A stretch of 63,042 bases of DNA, counting the filler. It is 4 parts of 4 records of this genome, joined end to end, with 100 filler letters (N's around TTAATTAATTAA, not from the genome) between each part and the next. Parts side by side here need not be neighbours in the genome. Positions count along the whole stretch, not along the records: positions 40,076 to 53,238 come from SRR20825019_880; 3 more parts are not named here. One strand, given 5' to 3'. Each line of letters begins with the position of its first letter. The first letter of the stretch is position 1. Made by a program: the position numbers and the translations under genes. Positions 40,161 through 51,317 of the stretch are shown in pieces. The notes below the pieces were generated by a model, which ran no database searches, was not told where the DNA came from, and saw only the letters and a list, made by a program, of their open reading frames with translations.

Positions 40161-43100
40161 TGAGGGTAGGCAAGAAGAGAGAGGAGGTGCGACAGCAGTG
40201 GAGCTTCCCGTCCTTGATGACTGGCGGGGAACAGCTGAGCGGCCGCGCCCTGCTGAAGCCAACGCGAGAGTTGCTATTCTTCTATCGTGGCAAGACTGAC
40301 GCGGACCGGCTCGAGCTTCTGCTGAGGGTGATATTTGGTACCAACAGTGGGGAATTCACACAGAGACACCTGACCATAGGGACCAAGATCGATGATGATA
40401 CCGGCCGCTGCTGGTGCCATCAAGTGTCACGGTAGGCATGCGGGGGTGGAGAGGAACCCAGTCGATGCGCCTCGCCTTCGTTCGTTGGTGCTCGTGTGGT
40501 CATTCTGATGGGAGGTGTCGGTGTGTTCTCTGGTTGCTAGATATTGTGGGACGTGAGTGCGATGGGGTGGGCGGTAGACGGATGGTAGCCAGATTCCGTT
40601 GCTGTGGGACGGTTGGCCGGTGTGGTCTGTGGAGAGGCTGAGGTGCAGCATTGACACCCATGCGGCAGTCTTCTCAACATCGCGGCCGATGTCATTGGCG
40701 AGGCGGCATCCGAGACCTCCAAGATGCCGATGGGCCACCCTCTAGTCAAGCTCCTGCTCCAGTTCTGGGCGGTATATACATCCGCGTCCGCTTGGAACAT
40801 CGAGGATGAGAATCTGAAGGCCGCGGCGCGCCGTACGGTGGCGTGGATATTCTCGCAGATGGATCCCGGCAGGCTCATGCGAATGTCGGGTATGGTCTTA
40901 GTGTCACCAAAGTGCCACGTGGAGACAGAGAATGTGGAGCGCACCGTGGCCTTCACAGTTGCGGCGAGGGCTCTCATGGGTGACGATGTTCCCGACAGTG
41001 CTCGGGCCTCGTTGACCAGGAATTTCTGCCTTCACGTGCTCTCGATTCCGCACCTCTCCAAGCGAGTACCACCTGCTGGGTTCCAGCAACCAGGTATTTC
41101 CGGTGTGTGGCTTCGTTGCATGTCATATTTGGAGTCGGATTCTAGTGTCATCGACGCGCTTCAAAAGGTATGTTGTGGGAGTATTTGTGTGAGAGTGTGG
41201 TTGCGTATGGCCCGGCAGCCGGATAGCTGAGCAATTGTCGCGCCCAGATGCGATCCACCACATGGAAGGCAGTCAAACATAAGGTAGGCAGGTGGCGGTG
41301 GGCCTGAATTTCCGCCAGGCTAACGCCTATACCAGCCATCTACGTGGCTCCTTGCCAACGTGGTGGACATTGTGCCCAAGACGCTGCAAGGCGCCGCGGA
41401 CAGCGTGATTCTGTCGTACGTGCATGTCCTTCAGGCCGCGGTGCGAACCACGCGTGATCTTGATGTGGCCGCGACGAGGGATAAGGTGGACCCCGACCTG
41501 TTCGCCGTCATGCAAACCATTCCCTCCAAAGAACACATTATCCTCCTCTTCAAGCGCATGCTGCTTGGAAACATGTTGCCTATGACAGGTGGGAGATTGC
41601 TCGTGCCCCGCGTGCCTTGGCTCATATTCGATGGATGGCAGACGGTGCGAGCACCTTGTCCACCCTCGACACGGCGGTGTGTGAGCTTCATGTCACGATG
41701 GTTCACAAGCTTCCATCCCTGCGGCAGCCCATTCTGAACAGCATCTCCTTCTCCTACCCGATGCTAAGATGCCTCTGGAACTCATGCGTAGAGTGAGTGG
41801 TCGGGCGCGGTAGAGAAAATCACGGGCTGAGGGCGTTGTAGGTCTGGCTTGGTGCAGGTCCTCAAGCAATCGGGCCACACAGATGGGGCAAGAGACAAGC
41901 GGCCTCTCGCAATACTCGCTCTGTTTTTGAATTGCTTTTCGCATCTGCTGCTCGTTCTCGACGATGAAGAAATGTATGAGAAACACAAGCCTTTCTCGCT
42001 AGGTGAGTTGTTGAAAAAAGCCGATGCCACATCTAACGCCGTGAATCGCAGCCGACCTGGGTCACATGACGTTGTTCCTGAACAACTACTGCCTGCACCT
42101 GTTGTGGAAGGGCCACATCACCACCGCGGAGCGCGCATTGCCCTCACTTCCCCAGAGCGCCATCACCGTCCTTGCCCAGCTCCGAGAGCGGAATGATCGG
42201 AGGTGAGGCTCGATTTGCTCATGAATCGACTGCACTAACACGACATCCATCACCAGGGAGTTTCTTCCCTCCTCTAGCTGGCATGCACCGGAAATCACAC
42301 CTGGCCAGTTCCTGACAGAGGCCACAGCTAAGACAGCGCGGTCCGTGATGATGTCTCGGGGATGATGTCGAGATTCTAACTTGAGGTTCAACCAGCGCGC
42401 TAGCAGTGATGCAAGACATCCCGCATGTTCTACCTTACGAAAATCGGATACACATATTCCGAGCCCTTATTGAACAGGAGAAGGAGCAGTTCAAAAAGAA
42501 GTATCTCGTCCGAATCCGGCGCCAATACGTGGTGGAGGATGGGCTCACCCAACTCACACACATTCCGAATATGCTCAAGGGCATTGTGCAAGTCATCTTT
42601 GTCAACGAACATGTACGTCCTGGGGCGGGTTTTGCGTGGCGCGTGGGCGGGAACTGATCAATGCGGCAGGGATTGGAGGAAGCAGGGATCGATCAAAATG
42701 GAGTCTTCAAGGAATTCATGGAGGTTCTCGTCAAGAAGATGTTTGATCCGCGGTGACATTGCGCCCCATTTTTGATATTCTCCCTGGTCTAATGTCGAGT
42801 CGGTCATAGGTTCGGGCTGTTCCTGTCGACAAGCGAAAAGATGATTGTCCCCAGCCCCCAGTCAAGCCTGCAGTACAATCATCTCCAGCTGTTTGAGGTA
42901 TGACACGCAAGGGCTTATCGGTGGATATTGACTCCCGGTAATGGCGCAGTTTGTTGGGATGATACTCGGCAAAGCAGTCTATGAGGGCATCGTGCTGGAT
43001 TTGCCGTTTCCACGATTTTTCTATTCAAAGCTACTTGGCCGGTACAACTACCTTGAGGTAATGTACCATCCTGGCCCCACTGCTGTTTGAAGGAACCGGC

Positions 43101-44206
43101 CTTGTCGGATACAGGGACTGTTTCGTTCTGGCAGGAGGATCTAACGACGGTGCAGGACCTCGTCTCGCTGGACCCTGATCTTCACAAGAACCTGATGTTT
43201 CTAAAGGTTTGTTGCGGTTGGCGCCCGCCTGGGTCGGGTCTGCTTACTGTCATATCACAGCACTACGAGGGGGATGCCGAGGACTTGTCTCTCGACTTCA
43301 CTGTGACAAACGAAGTCCTTGGAGAAGTGCAGTCGCACGTAAGAACATGTAACGGGGCGGGGTGGCAGCGAGGTCTCATGTTCATGTAGGAGTTGTGCTT
43401 CGGGGGATCACGCAAGTCAGTCACCAACGACAACAAGATTTCATACATCCATATGATGGCGGATTTTAGACTGAACAAGCAGGTAAGTCCCTGGCATGCT
43501 CTGGCGGCATTTTTGATGTGCTGACGGGACGCTGCGCAGACCCGGCAGCAGTGTGAGGCATTCCGGAAGGGTTTCAATAAGGTCATGAACCCGACCACCC
43601 TCAAGTTGTTCAATACGCCGCACGAGCTGCAGCGGCTGATGTGAGTTGGCGCAGCTTTGCGCGCGAACATGATTCCTGAAGGTGTTGCAGATGCGGTGAC
43701 TCCTCAGACATAGACGTCGACGACTGGATGAAGTACACGCAGTACAGCAACGGATACTACGAATCCCACCGCATCGTGAAGTGGTTTTGGCAGTCTGTTC
43801 GTGAGTTCACCCTCGAGGAAAGACGGGCCCTCCTCAAGTTCGTGACCAGTTGCGGCAAGGTAGGGTCTGCTCTATTGGCCTGGGCCGGGTACTGACGTAT
43901 ATGCTCATCGGCCAGCCACCGCTGCTCGGGTTTAAGTTCCTTGATCCCCCCTTCACCATACACCAGGTGATCACCTCGGCGGGCAATGCGCTTCCGGGCC
44001 TGTTCGGAAGGATGCTGTCCAAGGACTCAGGTCTGCCCGAGCCCTCCTGTCGATCGCACCACTGACGCCTCCTTCGCACAGACCGCCTTCCCTCCTCGAG
44101 CACCTGCTTCAACTTCCTCAAGCTGCCCTCCTACGGCTCCAAGAAGAACCTCAAGGACAGGTTGCTCTATGCAATCCACTCCAATGCCGGATTCGAACTT
44201 AGCTAA
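40161..44206 (+). CDS. UBE3B: Eukaryotic HECT E3 ubiquitin ligase, UBE3B/UBE3C family, at least 19 exons, 5' truncated
   Basis: Manual GT-AG model, phase-consistent: 40161-40431,40669-41167,41248-41283,41336-41588,41642-41792,41842-42002,42052-42202,42257-42340,42396-42612,42670-42752,42810-42897,42950-43057,43156-43206,43261-43338,43390-43482,43540-43640,43691-43859,43916-44030,44082-44206. Gives [48 protein letters not shown] (catalytic Cys) and terminal AGFELS*. Confidence 0.9.
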
Positions 44207-44739
44207 TGATCGGATATTGTATATCCGATGGTGGATGTTTGTTGGATTCACTGGTTTGAAATGCCGGCCAGCGCGTGAGCAGGGCTGGCGGTGTGGGTAT
44301 GATGGTCACCGATCCGCTGCGAGGGACCCAGACCCGATTCCTTGAGGAGTGTCGTCCTTCCATGCGGCGGGTCGGACTACCGGCCAGCCTGGGGATCCGA
44401 GACTCACTCGGTGGGGAATTCAACTGAGGCATTGCAGTGAGGGTGCATGCGGGACTGCACCGCGGCCCGGCCCGGCGCTCGTGCCGCCGGCCCGCCTGCG
44501 CCAACTTGTCATCGACTCGCGCCCCGCGGCCTAGTCGCCGAGCGACAGACAGCTGGAGGAGGAATCCCAGCGGCCTCCGTCCATCACTGCACAGTGTCTT
44601 CCGCCGGTCACCGACACACCAGCGACTATCTTGGGACAAGTTGGAGGTTGCACACAACCCCAAATGATTTTTTTCGGCTGGGGAAATCATTTTAAGTATT
44701 AAATATTGGCGACGACGCTCTTCCAACAACTCAGCTGGC

Positions 44740-47632
44740 ATGAGAGTCTTGGCTTTGCTTGTCGCTGTGGTTGCGGTGTGCGCGGCCCGGGACGATTTGC
44801 CTACGGTGCCCCGCGTGGAGGAACTGGGCGCCGAGTGGACGAACATGCCACTCAAGGCCATGCCCCTTGTCCAGAACTTCCACGGTGAGTGACTAGCAGT
44901 GTTAGTGGGTGGACGCGACCCCTACTGAGGTCTGACTGGCGTCGCAGGTGCGGCCACGCTCCGCCGTGACGTGGAGCCTGGGTTTGGCATGATATCGCTC
45001 GGGCCGATCACCTCGGCGCCTTTCAATGGAAACTTTCAGAACTCCACTGTCAAGGTGGATGGCGTGACCACCAGGGTGGCCACCACGGCCATGCGGTGGT
45101 GTGAGGCGGACCGCAAGTCCAAGTTGAAAGACGGCTCGGACTTCACCAACACGGTCCGCCTTCCATTTGAGCAGCACGGCCTGATGCAGCAATGGCGGAT
45201 TGCGGGGTCCCACAAGGTGGACATGGCCCTTGATGGTGAGTGGTCCTGATGTGGAGGAAGGAGAGGTGGGAGTGGGGGGGGATGCGAAAGACAACGACGA
45301 CTAGTTGTGGGTGGATAATGTTGGGGCATGCTCGGACGCAGTCCCATGATATTGGAAGCGCTGGTCAATAACCATACCCGGAAACACATTGTTGATGACC
45401 CTTAGCTGGTCGGACGGTCGTTAGGTTGGTTGGCCGGTTGGCCGGTTGGGTTGGCTGATTGGTTAGGGGCGGCCGGGGTGATCAAGGCGTGGAAGGGACG
45501 GAACTGACTCGGGTCTCACAGGACCGTTCTACCGCCAGTGTGACACAGAGACGACTGAAGGCAAGGTGTGGTCGGCCTGCGGCTGGGGCACATCGATGCC
45601 TACGGACCGCGCCAGTTTCCAACGGACGGTTGTCCTCTCGAAGAAACTTGGCCTGGATGTGATGATTGTCGAAGACTCTCTCACGCAAACAGTCGCAGCC
45701 GCGGCAATCTGGGCCAGTGAGGGCCGCGGGACCCTCTCCATTTCCACAGACGATGCCCGCATGGGCTTCACTGCGGCCGGTTCGCTGGAGGCCGGTGCTG
45801 CCGGCACCGTGTCCTTCCGTCAGGCGGTGATGGTGTCCACGTCGCGTGCGCAGGCCCTGTCTGACCTGGAGGGTCTTGTCGGCCGCTTTGACGAGGAATG
45901 GGAGCGTGCCTGCACTGCCTTCAACGACCGTTGGCGCTCGGCGTTCGCGCAGGGCACCGGAAGCTCCGATCCGTCGCATTTCTCCGGCTCCCTTCCCGCG
46001 ATGCAATCGAATGATCCGGACCTCGATCGGTTATACTACTGGGCAGCTCTGGCAATGGTGTCCTTGGAGCGAACCAACACCAAGACCTCCGCGCGGGAGT
46101 TTGTGATCTCGGAGGGCCCATTCAATTCCCTCGATGGCAGCACCGACATGGGCGGGACGGGCCAATTTGTGTGGGACCTCTCCTTCGCATCGTCTTCGCT
46201 GTCCCTCCTTGAACCCTCCAGCACCAAGCGCCTCATCTCATATCTAGTGAGGTACTCCAACCTCACCGCCGAACCGATGATGACGCCCCAGTCCTGGGAC
46301 GCTTATGAGGAATCCCCTGCCGGCCTGGGTACGTACTGCTTCGATTTCTTCACGACATTCTTCCTCATCCAACAGTACGTGGCTCACACTGGTGACGCTG
46401 GCCTCCTGCGCACACCCTTGGTCAACGAGTTGGATTCCTCGATTACGATCACGCCACTCGAGTTCATGCGGCGCCTGAGCTGGAGCTGGAAGGCGTATCC
46501 CCGGTCCAAATCGTCGCCTTTCCTTGTTGATTACGGAAGCAACAAGCGGCTCTTCCTTGAGGCAGTTCCAACTTACACTAACGTGGTCCCCATCCTGCAG
46601 TTTGGCAATGCTGGAATGCTCCTGGCTATGGCAGAATTCCTGGATGGAGTCTCAGGCGGCACCTCCTCTGACCCCGAGGTGGCGTGGATGCGCGGCAACG
46701 CCACCGCCATAATCACCGATGTTCTCAAGTACCAATACCATGAGGGCAGCGGCTACTGGGACTGCCTCTACCCCGGCAAGGGCGCGGCTGGCGGTGACGG
46801 GCGCGGAGAGGTCCGCGCGATCAGCGACTTTGGATACCTCGGCATCATCTTCGGTGTGATGGCCCGCAACGTCGATGCCATCCCCGCCTCTGTGAGGAAG
46901 GAGTGCACCCGCTTCTTCATGGATGAAATGCTAGGGAACGGGTGGGTACGCGCGCTGTCTCTGCAGGATCCTGTTATGGCTCATGTGGAAGATCCGAATC
47001 CGACCCTCGAGCAGAAGGTCGCGATGAGGGCCGACTGGACGGGCACCGGTGCCTATGGAGGACTGGCCGGCATATCCGTAGACACCCTGGCTGATCTCGA
47101 GGGTGGCTTTGGGTCTGTGATGGAGACCATGCGCAACCTGTCTCTCTCCGCCCGTGTCACAATGCCGGCCCAAGGCATTGCGGTGCTGTCGCCTCCGTTC
47201 ATCGGACACTTCCTCAACGACAACGACGGCCTCCCCTTCCCCAGCGGGCCCTACGCTCCGTCGTTCCCGGAGTTCTTTGACGAGCCTGACTTCCCGGCGT
47301 GGTGGCCGAGCTCGCTCCGGTCGGTGCAGAATGCCGAGGCGAGCATTGTCGATTCATTCATCAGATCTGTTTTCGGATGGAGGCCGGACTGGACCGCGGC
47401 GGCTCAGCGGCACCCCGGGGATGCGCGGGCGGCCATCGATGCTGCGCTGTACCTTCCCAACGTATCGCGCGGGAGCGGCTTCCGCGGGACACTGGCTGGT
47501 GTTCGCACTCCCTACGGGTGCATTGACATCACTGCGAGTGAGGCCGGGCTGACCTGGGCGTGGACCAAGCATGAGGCTAGACGTCGCAACGGTGCCTCGG
47601 CTCTGCGCCGGGAGCCAGCGGCCGTGGTGTGA
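44740..47632 (+). CDS. Secreted protein of about 847 aa, probable (alpha/alpha)6 glycoside hydrolase-like; 3 exons
   Basis: Exons 44740-44884, 44948-45235, 45522-47632 are phase-consistent; signal peptide MRVLALLVAVVAVCAA; LDRLYYWA..QFVWD resembles six-hairpin glycosidases (inference). Confidence 0.6.
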
Positions 47633-48167
47633 TGAGATGTTCCGAACTGAGTGCTATAAATAAATATGTTCAAATTCTCATGACATGACATCGTGAATAT
47701 CAAACACTGTTGACTGATCGCTGGCGGGCGAGTCCGGCCCGGTGGTGCGGTCTGCCGCGGTTGCAGCGGTCGCTGGCGCCGGGCCGGGCGGTGGGCGCCG
47801 CGACCGGACGAGCCCGTTGGGGCGCGGCCCGGTTCACCCGCCCCGGTCGCTTCCGCGCCTCGCACCGCCGCCCGGCGCCGCGCCCGGGCCGCGCCCCGCC
47901 GCCCGGCGCCGCGTCCGCCGCCGGGCCTGGTCTGCCGGCTGGCCCGCCCCTGCCCACCACCGCCTGACTCCCGGCCGCGCAACAAGCCTACCTCCAATAA
48001 GGCTTTGAGAGACACGATTTGTCAAGACATGTTTTGAGGGACAGCGCTTTCAGATGCGCCGACTCAGTAATGGTCGCCGTCCCGCGACACAGCCGGTGAC
48101 TCGCTCAGCTTCGGTGGCCCTTGGTAACTTCGGCCGGTGGTGGCACCCCCGGGCCTTTACGGCGCCA

Positions 48168-48176
48168 TATATAAAA
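48168..48176 (+). promoter_or_regulatory. TATA box upstream of the S1P gene
   Basis: TATATAAAA in GC-rich context about 50 nt before ATG 48222. Confidence 0.55.
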
Positions 48177-48221
48177 GCCGGCGGAGTTAATTAATGGACT
48201 AGTGGATGCGGAACCGCGGCA

Positions 48222-51200
48222 ATGCCGGCAGCGCGAGTGTCACCCCTGCTTTGGGTAGTGGTGGCGGCCGCCGTTCTTGTTGATGTGGTCCCCGCTGAGG
48301 CCCCGCGACCTGAGGCCTGCGCGACTGGACGCTACCTGGTCAGGTTTGATGACTACAGTGCCCATGACGCGCTTTCTCGCCGTGTCGACGCCGCGATGGC
48401 CGGCGTGTGCTCCAACGGTGCGTGCCGCGTTGCCCCGCGCAGCGGGGCAAAGGCGGTCGCTCCGACTGACTTCGTAGTGGTTGAGGCGGCGGGGGGAGGC
48501 TCACTTGAAATGCCAATGGCTATCCGGAAGGCTACCGGGGCGCGGTCGGTCACGTGTGACGCATCCATCAGCAAGGCGTCGCTGCTGGGTGCCCGGGCCC
48601 CGCTCGCGGCCCGCCCGTCTAACCGCATGCGTGGCTCGGCTGAGGCGCGGGTGCCCGACAAGATGGGCGTGGAGGCGGCGGCGTGGTCGCGCGGGTACCG
48701 CGGGCAGGGCGTACGAGTGGCGGTGTTCGACACCGGCCTGCAGGGGAACCACCCGCACTTTGTCAACATTGCCGAGCGGACCTGCTGGACGGACGAGGGG
48801 CTCGTGGAGGACAACGTTGGCCACGGGACGTTTGTGGCTGGGATGGTCGGCGGGGTGGATGAGCGCTGCCCGGGGGTGGCGCCGGATGTGGAGCTGCACA
48901 TATACAAGGTGTTTACGGGGCGGGAACAAAGCTACACTTCTTGGTTCCTCGACGCGTTCAATTATGCGATGCACCGGCGAGTGGACATCATCAACCTGTC
49001 CATCGGGGGGCCCGATTACTTTGACCAGCCTTTTGTGGAGAAAGTCTGGGAAGTCACAGCGAGAGGCATTCTTGTCGTCAGTGCCATCGGCAACGACGGG
49101 CCCTTGTGGGGCACCCTGAACAACCCTGCGGACCAGGCGGACGTGTTAGGGGTCGGCGGAGTGGACTACAACAAGGGTTTGGCGTCATTCTCGTCCCGGG
49201 GCATGACCACCTGGGAGCTCCCAGCGGGTTATGGACGTGTGAAGCCCGATGTGGTGGCATTCAGCCGAGTGTACGGCCCTCGTATAGATAGCGGATGCCG
49301 ATCACTGTCAGGCACGTCCTTTGCATCGCCCGTCGTGGCCGGCGTCGTGGCTCTGGTGGCAAGTGCAATCCCTCCCGAGCAGCGCGCCCGTCATCTGAAC
49401 CCGGGGGCGCTCAAGCAGGCGGTCCTGGAGGGCGCGGAGCTCCTGAACGGGATGGGGCTTTTCGAGCAGGGCCGCGGGCTGGTTGACGTCCGGAGGTCGA
49501 TCGATTACATCCTGGCATATTCTCCCCACGTAACGGCGCAGCCACCTTCACTAGACTTCACGGCGTGCCCGTACACATTTCCGTATTGCCAAACCCCACT
49601 GTACACGTCTCGCATGCCGGTCATCGCGAATTTCACCCTGATTAACGGGATGGACGCACACGGTACGATATCTTCACCGCCAACGTGGATCGAAGACACA
49701 CCCTCGGGCCTGCCAGGCGCGACGGGCCCGCTCCTGGATGTCCAGTTCAGCTACTCTGAGCATCTGTGGCCCTACTCGGGACATGTCGCGGTGTTCCTGC
49801 GAGCTGGAGAGGCACTGCGGGCCTTCACCGGTACGGTGTCCGGGACGGTCCGACTGACCGTGACCTCCCCGGCACCTGGCGGCGGCAGTGTGGATTCCAC
49901 GGTTGACATTCGAATCACCACCCGGGTCATCCCCACTCCTCCCCGCGAGAAGAGGGTGCTCTGGGACCAGTACCACTCCATACACTACCCGGCGGGTTTT
50001 TTCCCCCGGGATGACCTTGAGAAGCGCGCACAGCTCCTTGACCTTCACGGGGACCATCCGCACACGAATTTCCGTGAATTGTTTGACATCCTCGTAGGCC
50101 GTGGTCGCCAGGTGGAGGTGCTCGGCGCGCCGTTGACCTGCTTCAATGCGTCGAATTACGGTACTCTGATCATCGTGGACCCGGAGGACGACTATACTAG
50201 GGCGGAGACCCTCAAGCTCGAGGACGACGTGAGGAATCGAGGGCTTTCCTTACTCGTGCTGGCGGATTGGTTCGACATCGCCGCTATGAAATACGCTGAG
50301 TTCTATGACACCAACACTAGGCGCCGTTGGGAGCCGATCACGGGCGGATCCAATCTTCCCGGGCTGAACAGCCTCCTGGACCCGTTCCACATTGGCTTCG
50401 GCACCCGCATATTTGCGGGCTCATTCCAGGTTGGTGATTCCCCCAATTCTATTGTCAGTTCTAACACCGCCTTCTCACAGATCAAAAAGCGCAATGGATA
50501 CTACAGCAGCGGAACTAGCCTTACCAGATTCCCAAAAGGGGGTTACTTGGCCGCGTTCGACCTGAAAGATCTGTCTGAAAGCATTCTTGTGAAGGCTGTG
50601 AGCGGCGGGGGGCATCATTCCGCCCCTGTGCTAGGAATGTACTCGGCGTCTGGCTCGAACCCGGGAAACATTGTCGCCTTCGGCGACTCCACGTGCTTTG
50701 ACGGCGCCACTAAGGCTCTCAACTGCCGCTGGCTAGTGGATCCGTTCATGGAATTTCTCGAGGGTGGGCATATACCAGAGTTGTTTGCGGGTGTGATGGG
50801 CACTGCGCTCCCCGGCAAGGTGGACTTTTCATCTGGTGTCCCGCTGGCTTCCGTTGGCAATGACGAGGCCGAGCTGGCTCGCGTGACCCGCACGTCCGGG
50901 CTGCCTCCAGCAGGCTGGGGTTGCCCAACGCCCGGGGGCACCCTCCCAATTATGATTCAGGACCGTTCCTCTGTGGAGCACAGCCACTCGAACGCCGACA
51001 CAGATGTGCACGGGAGGTACTACTCCCGCAGCCTGCCGTTCAACCTCGCGGGGCGCTCGCCGACCGCGGAGAATGCGACCCTGATGCTCGGCAGCATCCT
51101 GATGTGTGCATGCGGCTGCATTCTTGTGTGCCTCATCTGGAACTCTCGAGGGTGGACGAGGACCGGCCACCCGGCGGGCCACGAGGGACGATCCCATTCG

Positions 51201-51275
51201 GGACGAATGGATGCGGTCACCGCCGTGTCGCCCCGCCCCGTGATCTACCGCCGAACCGCGGTAGAGATGGTGTGA
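48222..51275 (+). CDS. MBTPS1: Site-1 protease (SKI-1/S1P subtilase), probably with one in-frame intron at 50430-50480
   Basis: Triad VAVFDTG / HGTFVAG / SGTSFASP; S1P hallmarks FSSRGMTTWELP.GYGRVKPD, YTSWFLDAFNYA, LWDQYHS..YP; signal peptide and C-terminal TM. Confidence 0.93.
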   Translation: MPAARVSPLLWVVVAAAVLVDVVPAEAPRPEACATGRYLVRFDDYSAHDALSRRVDAAMAGVCSNGACRVAPRSGAKAVAPTDFVVVEAAGGGSLEMPMAIRKATGARSVTCDASISKASLLGARAPLAARPSNRMRGSAEARVPDKMGVEAAAWSRGYRGQGVRVAVFDTGLQGNHPHFVNIAERTCWTDEGLVEDNVGHGTFVAGMVGGVDERCPGVAPDVELHIYKVFTGREQSYTSWFLDAFNYAMHRRVDIINLSIGGPDYFDQPFVEKVWEVTARGILVVSAIGNDGPLWGTLNNPADQADVLGVGGVDYNKGLASFSSRGMTTWELPAGYGRVKPDVVAFSRVYGPRIDSGCRSLSGTSFASPVVAGVVALVASAIPPEQRARHLNPGALKQAVLEGAELLNGMGLFEQGRGLVDVRRSIDYILAYSPHVTAQPPSLDFTACPYTFPYCQTPLYTSRMPVIANFTLINGMDAHGTISSPPTWIEDTPSGLPGATGPLLDVQFSYSEHLWPYSGHVAVFLRAGEALRAFTGTVSGTVRLTVTSPAPGGGSVDSTVDIRITTRVIPTPPREKRVLWDQYHSIHYPAGFFPRDDLEKRAQLLDLHGDHPHTNFRELFDILVGRGRQVEVLGAPLTCFNASNYGTLIIVDPEDDYTRAETLKLEDDVRNRGLSLLVLADWFDIAAMKYAEFYDTNTRRRWEPITGGSNLPGLNSLLDPFHIGFGTRIFAGSFQVGDSPNSIVSSNTAFSQIKKRNGYYSSGTSLTRFPKGGYLAAFDLKDLSESILVKAVSGGGHHSAPVLGMYSASGSNPGNIVAFGDSTCFDGATKALNCRWLVDPFMEFLEGGHIPELFAGVMGTALPGKVDFSSGVPLASVGNDEAELARVTRTSGLPPAGWGCPTPGGTLPIMIQDRSSVEHSHSNADTDVHGRYYSRSLPFNLAGRSPTAENATLMLGSILMCACGCILVCLIWNSRGWTRTGHPAGHEGRSHSGRMDAVTAVSPRPVIYRRTAVEMV

Positions 51276-51317
51276 TGCTGTTCTATTTATAGAAACTTAA
51301 GGTTGGACTTTAGTTAG

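Noticed and set aside
40020..40262. ORF running through the (AC)n repeat and Ns
   Set aside because: Artefact of the spacer and microsatellite
40160..44345. Fragmented HECT ORFs as a pseudogene or stop-codon reassignment
   Set aside because: All stops and frame changes are resolved by GT-AG introns in consistent phase under the standard code
45407..45470. GGTT/GGCC-rich run as a possible telomeric repeat
   Set aside because: Degenerate low-complexity tract inside an intron, not a regular terminal array
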